Shown here: positions 52,034 through 64,000 of the stretch, in pieces
Layout: every line of letters begins with the position of its first letter
How positions within the stretch are numbered: the stretch's first letter is position 1
NCBI GenBank assembly: GCA_964276515.1
Contig: OZ193909.1
Span: forward strand, 3,906,001-3,970,000
Source of the DNA: Gordius albopunctatus
Lineage: Eukaryota
Length of the DNA stretch: 64,000 nucleotides
Direction of reading: 5' to 3'
Position numbers and translations under genes: made by a program
Notes under the pieces: generated by a model
What the model was told of the DNA's origin: nothing
The model's database searches: none
What the model saw: the letters and a program-made list of their open reading frames with translations, nothing else

Positions 52034-55000
52034 ATGGAAAATTTTATGCATAAATATTTATTATTTATATTGGCGAGTAAGCTTTAATATATATTTGACT
52101 TATATTAAATATAATTATATCGATTTAAATCATTGGAAATTATTAAAAATTACCTATTCAATATTTTGATATTTTGTTAAAATTCCAAAATTTTTTAAAA
52201 TTTAGTTCTATATAAAGTCAACTTTGCGCTAACGTACGAAGAATTTAATGACAATTTCAATGCGTGTCCTATAGGAAGTTATGGAATTGATTGCTCACAA
52301 AGTAAAATAACACCTTTAAAAGTATCAATGAAAAAGTTTAAAAAAAGTCATAACATTTCGATTAGAACCTAACTCAATATGAAAAATCAAATATCGTTTT
52401 TCATTTGGATATTTAAACTATATTCGTTGGTTAAGGTTTGTAGAACAGAATCAAACAATCAATTCTTTTTAAACAAATCAGAAAGGATTAAAATAAACTT
52501 TTTTGAATTAAAAAATTTAGAAGTAGTAAAAGGCTTTCATTAGTTAGTAAATAATATTAAAACGTTTCGAAAATTAGCCCACTTCACAGCCTAAAACTAC
52601 AAATCTAGTTCCACTAAATAATGCCTCATAATCTTAATACTATATAAATTAACTAAAATTTAACGTTAATAATAACTTTGATAAAATAGACAGTTAAAAA
52701 ATGTTAAATACTTTCAATAAAACACATTTATAAAAACATATATTCTTTTGTTTACGCATATTTCACATGCTTATTAATAGATTGTTCGTGTAACTTGAAA
52801 GGCTCATTTGGTGAATGTGATTTTTATGGTTGGTGCATATGCCATGATAACTATTCCGGAGGCTATTGCCAAGACGGTTATAATAATTATGACACATAAT
52901 ATATTCATTTCCAATTTATCAGTTATGTTATTTATGATTTGGCTATCAAAAAATTAATTTAGAATTAAGAAAATTTTCTTCTTCTTTATCAAGTATTTGA
53001 TCTCACTGTCGTCGGATTTGTTTTGACAGTTTTCTTTTATCTTGAATTGGTAAGGGCCATGTCTTGGTTAATATTCTTATTATTCATAACTTTGTCCACT
53101 TGTCCTTGCAATGAGACAAGAGCGTCCTCCTCCTCCTTTCCACGATACCCCCATATACAGTACTTTTCGAATACATCACTCGTCTTCCTTCTTAGTATGT
53201 GCCCATCTTTTTTCGTTAAGTCCGTCATAAGTTGAATATCCATTTTCGTCCTGAGAAACATATGGTCGAGCTTAGTATACCCAAGGCTCCACCATATGAC
53301 TCTCTTCTCCATGGCCTGTACCAACTTTTCTTCCGTGACGTATAGTGCCTCTGTAAAGTAACCCCAATCTTACGATGGATTTGTAAGCTTTGTTCTTCAA
53401 CCATAGTGGAATTTTCTTGTCGCACATTACACGTGATAGACTTCGCCATTTAAGCCATCTTTTTTGAATCCGGGCATTTACGTGTGTTGCGTAATCTCTC
53501 TCCTAATGTTGCATCGAGTCAAGGTATGCAAACCTATCTACTTTTGGGTACTTCATATAATCATCTAATGATGTGGTGTCTATAACCTTTATCTCCATGT
53601 ACACCGTTTTTATATTTTTGACCTTTAAACCATATTCCGCTGAGCGCTTTGACCATTTTTTGGCTTCTTAGAATACTTTCTCCTTTGTCCCTTCGCATAG
53701 TAATATATCATCGGCATATAGCATACAGCAGATGGCTTATAAATGTCTCTAGTTATCATCCACAATTATATTGAATAAAAAACGATTTAAAGCAGATCAT
53801 TCTTGTAATCCAATTTTAACCTAAAAAGGTTGAGAGTCTCCAACTGTCGTCCTAACGCACGTTGAAGTTTGATACATATTTTTCATAAGTTGTACATATG
53901 CGTCAGGGATGATTTATTTTACATTTACCAAAATATGGACTTTGCAACAAAACCTAATTTATTTGTATATGACCTTCACCCAAACTAAATTTTTATATCA
54001 TATAGGATCAACATCTAATCAGATGAGAGATTTAAAGTAAAAAGCAGCTGACTTAACTTGCTTTTAAATGCCACAATTAAAACATTTTGATAATCATCTA
54101 TGTTGTATAAATCAAGGAAACACATGTATGAATAGAAAACCAATTCAATGCAGGGGGTTAAGATTAATTAGTTCATATTTAATTAAAATACCGTTAAAAT
54201 TTATCTATATGAAAGACATTATTACTACGCTCTCTATATAATAGTAATAATAATAAAATTCTGAGCTAGACTCATATGCAACAAACTTCATTGTTTATTT
54301 AGTGAGTAAATGTCCATCTAAAAAGGTGAATCCAATCGGAATGTGCATTTGTCAGGATTACGTTGTTGGGCAACTCTGCAACGAAAGTAAGTAACTTCTA
54401 AACCTATTTACTATGGCATAAGCCAACGATTTGAAAAAATAAAAATGAAATGTATTTTTGGGGCAATTACAGAGTGCGTTCGGAGTCAAACACTGTGGAC
54501 TCATAATGGATACTGCGTTTGCAAAGATGGATTTTATGGTCGTTTGTGTGAATCGGGTACATTATTCTCTATTAACCCTCGAGAGCATTCGTGGGGTCCA
54601 AACACAAATATAAAATGCATTTAAAAACGAATTAATCTGGCCTTTTCAGTAGCCTAATATTTTACCAAGAACTAAGTTTTAGGAAAATTTCATAACTTTT
54701 GGCCCACTACTTTTTAAACTGTGTACCCCACGAATGCTCTCACGTAAGTTTTTTTCTATTGGAAAAAATGTATGTATTTTTTTTGTTTGATGATATCTTT
54801 TACAATTTGTGTTTTTAATATATTTTGGACATTCTTTTAATAAAAAATCACGTTTATTTTGATTTATTTTAAGGTATATGATGTCAAGAGGTAAAACTCT
54901 AAAATAGTCAAAATAAAAATGGGGGTCAAGAAAATCGTTAATAAGTTTTGTAATGTTGATTAGATTCATATCAAAATTTATACCATCAATCTTAAGACCT

Positions 55001-58000
55001 TTATAAACACATTTTCAAAATTTGAAAGGTTTAAAAAAATACTTAAAAAGTTATAGGAAGTTAAAAAATGGGGTCAAATATACCCCACGAATGCTCTCGC
55101 GTTCGTGATTTTCAGGAGTGCTCTCGAGGGTTAATAACGTCGTTAATTTGTTTCATAAAATTTTGAGATAAATTTGGCTTGTTCGTGATAACTGTGAAGG
55201 TGTACAAAGGTCACAACACCATAGAAATTGGTGCAACTCGTTCATAATGAGTTATTTGAGTTTTAAATAGAAACTATTGAACTATAAGTGATATCAAAAT
55301 CTTACTTTTGCGGTGTTTTAAGAAGAATATTGCAAATAATAATTAAATGACATTATTTATAAGTGAGTTAAAAATTTATATATAACTTACGTAAGAAATT
55401 CAAGTCACTGTTAATATTTCAAAACTTATATTGATTTATATTTGGGTATTGAAGATAGATATATTTATGACTCTAATCAAGATATTAATAAATTTAACAT
55501 TAAAAATTATCGCACTTCCTATCCATTTAAAACAAAGCAACTAGATGCTATAAGGAGTTAAAAGAGGTTTAAAGAAAGTCGATCTTAAAATTAGAAGGCA
55601 GTAATCAAGGTTATTTAAAATATGAAACCTTATTACAATTTTATATTTAAAAATCTTTTTTAGCTATAACTAAATCATAGAAAAAAATATATATATATAT
55701 TCTAAAATTTCTGACTTTATCAAATTCTCAAATTTAATGATTAATTCCGTTTTTTGTTATTACATTTTACTAGGGACGAATATAATATAACAACATTGTT
55801 AATATTACCCGTCACAGTATCTTATATAGCTGGCTAATAATCATTCTAAGATTAATCTAAACTAAAAATTAGATTATATTTGAAAATTGGAAACCATCAG
55901 GTTGAGATGTATGTGATTATCGATTATTATTTCGAATGATTTTCACATGTTTATAATATTTTTTATTTTAACTCCGACATTTTAGGAGCTTACAGTTTGG
56001 AAATTTAACAAAATTTCCTTCAATAGATATAATGACTTTTTCATCAATTTTTTTATGAAAAATTTGTAGTTTCTAGATTTAAAGTTTAAGATAAGAATAA
56101 ATGACTTAAAAGGTCTGGGTCCCCTTATTAAATTATATCAAAATTGAAAAATTCAATAATCATATCTTAAATTCACCTCTAATGTATTTGTTAGTTTGTA
56201 GTTGTAAGCATATGAAAAATGGAAACAAATGCTCTTGGGAAGGCAAATGCGAATGCCCAATCGGCAAATATGGAAGCAACTGCAGTTCAAGTATATATAT
56301 ATATATATATATATAATTTTTATATATAAGATTTAGTCTTTGTTTTAATAAGTTTCATCCATCTTGACGTTATGAAATTATGTTTAATCATTATCCTATA
56401 TATATATCGCGTGTGTTATTTAACTATTTTATTATTATGGACATGTCTAGGGGTGCCTATCCCCCCTCTTTTAATTGCTATGCATTTCATGGTTAATACA
56501 TATTATTATATATTAAGCCAAATGAGGATTAGAATTTAAAAATATCATCAGTATGCATCTCAGTTAATCATGAGCATCTTCTTTGCATCCCCATTTGAGT
56601 AAAATCTGACTTAGCCCATCATAAATTCCACCTTAACTACTCTCTATTACCAACTTATTTTTTTATAATAAATTTTTGAATACCAAATTTTCAATGATTA
56701 AAGCAATAAATGATCAAAACATCCTACCTTAAAAATTCATTTTCAGTGATAAGTTAATTTAAAAAATGAATTTTTTAACACTCTCTGTGTTGTAATTTCA
56801 GGAGTTCTCTAGGTACACCTCTCAATCATTGATTTAAATTTTACAGCATATTTATTTAGGGGGAAGAATTTTATTGTGATTTCAGTAGTAAAATATATAA
56901 TTCAATTTACTCCTCATTTTTAAATTCTACCATTTTTACATCTTAAACTCATAGTTACCTATTTAAAATGACTACTTCATAGATTTATTCTCATATAATT
57001 TCAATAAATAAAAAGCCATATTTTTATTTAATATAAAATTTTTTTTACCAAATTGCACATCTTCTGTAATTTTAAATGCAAGGAGTAATAATTTTGAATC
57101 GTTAATAGATTGCGAATGCCATGAACGCAATTCCAAATCTGCCGAATGCAAATGCCATTATGAACGCGATTCAAAATCTGGTGAATGCAAATGCCATAAA
57201 GGCGATCCCAAATCTGGCGAATGCAATAGAAAGCGTTGTTATTGCAAAACAGGGTTTTATGGCGACGATTGCAGTAAAGGTATTGGTGAATGTCATTTAT
57301 ATAAAAAATAAATAAATAAAGCTCGCTTGTTTTGCTATAAAATTAGATAATACAGATTGGCAAAACATTTGACTAGTGATGATTATGTTTTAATACGTAT
57401 TAATGATGAACACATGAAGTCTGGTTTAACATGTTTTATAAATTAGGGCTTTGTAAAGATTGTCAAATCCTTTATTTTTATTATTAAACCAAAACACGCA
57501 ATGATAAAAATCAAATAACAGCGAAATTAAATATAAGCGAGGGTGTTGGTAAGGATGATAAAAAATTTAGCAGGTTTGATGATTAGATAACTAGCTAGGT
57601 GCAGTTGAAAGCTATGTCAACAATGTGATGTTGGTAGAATAAGATGTGATCGCAAAAGTAATGAATAAATGGAATATCCAGAGGAGCAGAGTAACGTTGG
57701 AGTGAGTCCTGTAATCCTTTTATATATGTTTGATAAATCTGGAAAAATCTATATATTTCTCGTAAAAAAAAACAATTTGGTACATGCCAATAAAAATACC
57801 AGTTTAACTGCAGTTGGATACATCGAAATCGCCACAGCTTAATTAAAGTGACAATAACATGCGTTTTCAACCATTTCTGATTGACCTATAAGTTTAAAAG
57901 TCTTTAAATTATTTCTAGGGGAACCTTATAAATCTATTAACATATGGAAATAACTTTTTAGATTATTCCAAAAAAATGAGCTTTTTACGTAATGTTGTTG

Positions 58001-58987
58001 GGATGCTTCCGCTAGATTCAACGTCTTCCATTCTAAGGCTGTATTAATTACAAATGCTCTTAGAATGGTAAATTTTGTTATTGATACTTCAGATAAAAAA
58101 GTTTTTCATTTAAGAAAAAAACGAAATTAGTAACATTCTTTTATACAATAACAATACTAATATACAGCGAGGTTTCTGGCACTGATACCAATGTGTCTCT
58201 AAAAGTGTTAAAACACCTTGATACATTATTAAAAATATGATCTCGATATTCTTCCCACAAGCTACTGGTATGCTTCAAAGATTATCTTAATTTAAAAGAA
58301 CATTTTATATGATTCTTATGAGTTTAGTGCTCAACTAAATATTTTTGATTTACCGAATATTATATATATTATTTTACGTATTTATACTAATTTTGTATAA
58401 ATCTAGAATGCCCGAAAAATTGCATTAACGCCTACGGACGTAACGACTGCAACATTGAAGGCGAATGCATATGCCTAGATGGCTATGCTGGGGATCGATG
58501 TCAAAATGTAATGCATGGAATATCTTGAGCTAATATACCTGTTCTCATAAATCAGCATAAAAAATGGCTAATCATTTGAGATGGAAAACTAAGACGATTG
58601 TCAAATTTGTCTCTTTAGCGTAGTGTAGTAAAAACGGTTGGGTTTTATTTGGTCGACCTTCGGTTTTAGTGGATTAAACATAAACAAACCAAAGGTTTTT
58701 TGGTCTGTTCTCCTTAGTCGACCTCTAGACTTAGTCGAAATTTTAAAAATAGACCAGAGTCGAGCATTTTGCAAATCAAATTCCTCAAAAGTGCACCGTA
58801 TCTACTTGTTTCACTATAGATCGGGTGTGTTGAAAGCTATACAAGTTTCGCTGTTGATCTCAGAGCATCATAAAAACTATTAGTTAAATAAATTAAGAAA
58901 CCAATAAATATTATTCTATTTTTCTAGAAGTCAACATCCGATCCAATAAAAGAATGGCTTCAACTTAACGCCCCAAAAATAACATAA
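52034..58987 (+). CDS. Secreted EGF/laminin-EGF repeat protein (copy 4; Q2E variant)
   Basis: Exons 52034-52076, 52206-52301, 52781-52876, 54303-54386, 54473-54556, 56195-56290, 57109-57279, 58407-58507, 58928-58987. Starts ATGGAA instead of ATGCAA. Confidence 0.85.
54576..55130. mobile_element. piggyBac-like MITE (copy)
   Basis: Same as 6601-7155. Confidence 0.9.
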
Positions 58988-61900
58988 CATGGCTTATTAT
59001 TTTTTACATATACCCTTATAGCTTTGTGTAATTTATATTATTTACACTAATAAATTTCCATATTAATTGCTATCGATGTATGCTTTATAATAGGACATTT
59101 TTTGGTATACACAAAATATTTTATCATGATAAAATACAAATATTATAATTTATTTAAAAAAAATTAGAACCTTATTATTATTATGATCTGTTATCAAGAA
59201 TCTATGAGAAAAAAATCTTACCAATAACTTTTATTTAAAAATCGTTAAAATATTTATTTGAAACGAATTCACCTTGGTCATGTTATATTGCGACGCGCTT
59301 TATTGTCAACTTCTATTTGTCCTCGCAAACTTAAAAGGTTCGCCAAAGTTTTATTCTGTAGATGGGATTATATGGATGAATCTTGCTGATATAAACTCAT
59401 ATCAATATTATATCTTACTTAACACCATCACTAGAGGCAATAACGTTTAAAGAGAGGCAAAATGAGAATTTTATGAAATTTTAAAGTATTTTCGGATTTA
59501 GAGGGCGCCAGCTGCCCCTCCCTACCACCCCCTGACGCCATGATAACTAATAAAGTCATGGCGAAATTAGTTATAGCGATTTATTAACCATTACTTTACT
59601 TTATTGTGATTTGTGAACATATTAATGCCTTCCATCGAAATTTCTCGTAACAAATTAACTCCAAAGATAACTGATAAACAATTCTGCAAGAATCGATAGA
59701 TTAAAGACGAATGCAAAAGTCAAAATTTCATCAAAAGAGTCTACCAAAAAATTTGGCAACAAAATACATGCCTTTTATTTAAACGAATTTTTGGGAGCAT
59801 AACCTTCTTCATACCTGGCTAATAATATAGAATTATATTTGACACTGTATCACAAAACTATTTAAGACTAACTAATATCGATCATGGCAATCAAAATCTG
59901 ACTAATACAATGATTTTTATGGTTAAAAAGTTTATTTTAATGAAACAAAGTTACATAAATAAGCTAAATACAAAAATAAATAAAGACCTATTAGTTAGAT
60001 ACATAGATCTATATCATGATCTCCTGAAATGGGCCATCAGTCGGCAAAGGATTTATAGTTGTATCGTAGAATAATAATCCCTAGTTGTTGCCTGAGTAAA
60101 AAGGACTAAGAAATTTTAGATTTCGGTGAGCGTTTTCCGATTTCTTTAAAAAACCCCATTACCTGCTTACCAAAAGAACAGGAGCACGAGGCAACGACAG
60201 TGATAAAAATATTGGATGCCAAAAGGGCAGAGTACTTTGTAGTTTTACGCCCTTTTGCTGCAGCGATAGGGTCGTAATTAAAATGGGAAGAGGCAAATAT
60301 GTCAATACAAGTAAAATCCCATTTGAGGGATAGGCTATTTTGCCAGGGGACTAGAGAAGAACTGTCAGGGCGCATCCTACCTTCAAGAGAGGGATCTAAC
60401 GGCTCACGGATTGAGGGGATTGCATGGGTAGGCTTCAAGCCACTCGTGACTGGGACCATAAAAAGCGAGGGACCTAAGGTTGTAATGCTGGCTATCATCG
60501 CTGCTCGATAAAAGGTAATCAACGGAGCGCGATACTAGTCAAGAATCCCAATCTTGTCTCGTACTTTGAGGTTAAATAGTCTCTGGTGTCACATTCAAAT
60601 TCCAAAGCTCCAAGGCTTGAGTTAACAGAGGGTCGGAATCATATGTTGTGAGATTAAAAATTGAGTTTTGGACTGACTTAAAAGAGGAAATAAAAGCAGC
60701 TAGCGATAGGCTGCCGCCAGGACGAATTCCTGATCCTCCATATTTGGTTGGAAGGGATGCTTGAATCCGATTGTTAGTATTAAATTTTAAATTTTTTCTA
60801 ATAAAGTTTTTAAAAAGCCTTCGTGCGACTTTAAAACGTGTTGGTGTCAAAATGCAGCAGATGAGCGAAAACAATGATAAATCTTTTAAATGTTGAAATA
60901 GTTTTTGATTAAGTAAAAAATGTGATGTGCAGGCAAGCATTTTAAAAGTTCCGTTTTAGATTTTAATATTTCGAGGTTCTTATGAAGCAAATTTAAAAGA
61001 GATTTTTCGCCGCCAATGGATGATCCCAAAAGGTAGGAAAGACCGGGGCTAGTCGTAGCCCGGGGTTACTATTATCTTTCTAATTATTTTGTAAAATAAT
61101 ATTGATATTAAAGCAAAATTTAAACCATATGTGTATTTTTCCATAAGCCATAAGCAAAAAAATATGCTTAGAAAAAATAAAATTTAAAATTTATATTGAG
61201 AAAAAACTATTTTTCGGGGCTATTAGTAGCCTTTACAAAATTTTTTATTTAGCACATAAAATTTTTTAGGCTGAATATTTTGGATGTATTTAACTTTTAT
61301 CTTATAAAGGGAGATTTCTATATAAAAATTGTCTAATGATTAAATTTTTATATGCAATATAACATCTTAAACTTTTAATTGTTTATGAAAATAGGGGTCG
61401 GGGCTAGTCGGAGAGGGGCTATTGCTAGCCATTTTTTATTAAAAAACAAAAAATTTTGTTTAATAATCTAACATAGTGTTATTTGGAATAGAAATAGACT
61501 ATGATTATACATTATAAAACGACTAAAAGTCTTTTTCCATTGCTAAATCCGCCTTTTGAGTGTTCTTAAGTCAGATTATCATCTTGACTCTATTTTTATT
61601 TCTTTTATATAAAATACAATCATATTACATTTGTATTTTCTACATTTTTATAATGAAAGAATATTTTTATTGATTTGAGTTAGCATAAACTTATAAGATG
61701 TGAAAACGTCAGAAGCCCTCCTACCCTCTAATATCTTTACCCCTATCGTTGCCTCATGTTCTGAGACTTTTGGTCCTGCCGCCATCAAGCCTTTTAAAGA
61801 TATCAGCCGTCGCTGCCCGCCCTCTAAATATTCCACAAATTTTATAGTTAAACAAAAAATTGGTATTTTAATAGCAAAGTACAATTTTAAACTTTTATTA

Positions 61901-63254
61901 TATGATACATGCGACGCTTTTTAATTATAATTTTTTTATTTTGTTTTCTACCCGCTCTTATATTTTTCGAATTTTAACACTTCGTTTTTTATAACGTTCT
62001 TACATTCAAATAAACAATATATACATTAAAAAAAATCTAACGGCTATGACTAGATCCGGTTATTTTCAAAATATTTTAGATTTTTGTTTTTTTAAACTTA
62101 ATTTGTGATAAACTTTTATTTGCCTCCAAATATTTTTCCTATAGTAAAAATAGACCTTAAAAATATATTCCAACAAAAAAAATGGAAAAATTGTTTTTAG
62201 TTTTTTTTAAACGCGATTTAATTTTTTATGGCTAAAGTAGCCCTGGTCTTCCCTATATGTTTTCTCTCTCTAAAACTAAAAATGTTTCAAAAACTGGAAA
62301 GTCAATAGTGTTGGGAACCTAAAAGATTTAACATTTTTTCGAGTATGATTTAAGATTTAGAGTGGGTTCAAAGTTTTTGATGATTTCTAGAGCTTTACTA
62401 ATCTCCTCCGGGCGGCCAAATAGTGTGGCGTCGTTGATACAAAATATTTAAATCGAGGGTACACTGAGATGATATAGCCTCGACTGAATTATGAATGCCT
62501 AAACAAAATAAAGGAGGGCCTAATGGATCTCCTTGTTGGATGCCTTCGGACGAGTCAATGAGGTATTCGCCGAATCTAAGCTTGGTTATAGAACCATAGC
62601 TTAATAAAATGTAATTTAAAAATTGTGTGGATACAGCTAAAAAAGTGTTAATGAGGGTTTCTCTTCGAATGCTGTTAAAAGCATTGGCAAATATAATGAT
62701 TTTTCCTATTGCTTGCGGCTAGATATGCTTTTATGTACATTATCATATATAAAAAATTTGTTAGTTGATTAAAAAATCTTATTTTTATTTAATATCTGTG
62801 ACGAAAGGGTTAGGACATTTTTTATCAATAGAGACGATAGTTTATCACCCCATATATGTCAACTTTATTTCTAAATCTGTGTCCGAAATTGCCAAAATTA
62901 AGTTTAAAATATAAATCAAATGTTTAACAACATTTTTACTGAAAATTGACTATTAGTAGAAAAGTCAATTCTTTTAAATAACAAAACAACCAGGAAATAT
63001 TGAATATTGTTGTAGTTTTAGTTGAATCACTTTACTTACTCGCTTATGCAAATGAGCTAGGAAGGATAGCCTGTTGTATCTTGCCAACTAAAATTAGTTA
63101 TGTGAATAATGGGCACTAATTATAAGCAGGCAAATATATAAAAAGCATGCCTCATATTAGTGGAGATGTGCAGTACATGGAACTGTCGGCATCCCTCATG
63201 CAAATGAGAAGTGCATCGACAAGGTGTAAATAGCGGGCATTTGACCATGATACA

Positions 63255-63935
63255 TGCCCTACATTAGGCTTGCTAGAAGACGACAACTATCAGGACAGTA
63301 TTCTTACTGAAGCAGCATTAAACTATACAGGAACACAAATTCGTCAACTATTCGCTATAGTGTTGACTGAATGTTTTTAAAATTAGTCATTTTGGTATGA
63401 GTTAACCAAATCAATGTACATCTGATTTACTCAACACTGATATGAGTCTTGAACTGCAGTATAATACTTTAGAAATGGCAGCGATTGTTACTCGCAATGT
63501 CCCACCACTAACTCATGAACAAAAAACCATTTACGACCGCATTATGCTGATAGTTTCGTCAGGACAAGGGGTTTCTTTTTTTTTTTTTTTTGTTAAAGTT
63601 TATTTTCAAGAAACAAAGTTACATTAATAAGCGAAATACAAAAATAAAGACATATGGTAGAACTGGCAAAACATTTCTCATTTAGATAATTCTTGCCGAC
63701 ATACGATACAAAAAAGGCATTGCATTGGCTGTGTCATTAAAATATTAATGAAAAACTCGAAGTCAGCATTTTGAATGGCAAGGTTCGATGTGAACATGTA
63801 TGCTGTCACGAATCCCTATGATTCCCACATATATGCCGATTGAATTCAAACGCATAAAATTTCCAATTAGATTGGCATTCCCATGACAATCAATAAGGCG
63901 CAAGGCCAAACGATGTCTATTTATAGCTTAAATGA
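63255..63935 (+). mobile_element. Helitron remnant, 3' part, after the deletion junction
   Basis: Starts at TGCCCTACATTAGG (equivalent to 50718). Confidence 0.8.
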
Positions 63936-64000
63936 ATTATTTTTTAATCGTCATAATTTGATGTATATATAGGTAGCAAAAATGATTTAATAAAGTATAA

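Larger units (their letters stand above)
1..64000. repeat. Tandem array of an ~18.7-kb unit (about 3.5-4 copies in the window)
   Basis: The same 287-aa ORF recurs at 921, 18516, 29103 and 47798 (offsets 17595, 10587 across the gap, and 18695). The other ORFs recur in the same order. The full-length unit is about 28183-46877. Confidence 0.98.

Overview
AT-rich eukaryotic (probably animal) DNA made up entirely of a tandem array of an ~18.7-kb unit. Units start at about 1, 17596, 28183 and 46878, with a fifth starting at 63255; there is a 200-N gap at 20671-20870. Copies differ at only about ten positions that I could see, plus two copy-specific deletions (~1.1 kb at 3057/3058 and ~6.15 kb at 63254). 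Each full unit carries: (i) an apparently intact 9-exon gene, missed by the ORF track, for a 276-aa secreted Cys-rich protein built from phase-1 EGF/laminin-EGF exon modules; (ii) a convergent intron-containing serpin pseudogene (predicted P1 = Arg) holding a ~290-bp hairpin insertion that could be spliced out in frame (introner-like); (iii) decayed transposon debris, namely CRE-clade and RTE-clade non-LTR fragments, a Helitron Rep/Hel remnant, a piggyBac-like MITE, and a TA-duplicating MITE nested in CRE that itself holds another CRE tail; (iv) a 49-bp minisatellite abutting the EGF-gene start codon. All family assignments come from motif recognition by eye; no database search was run.
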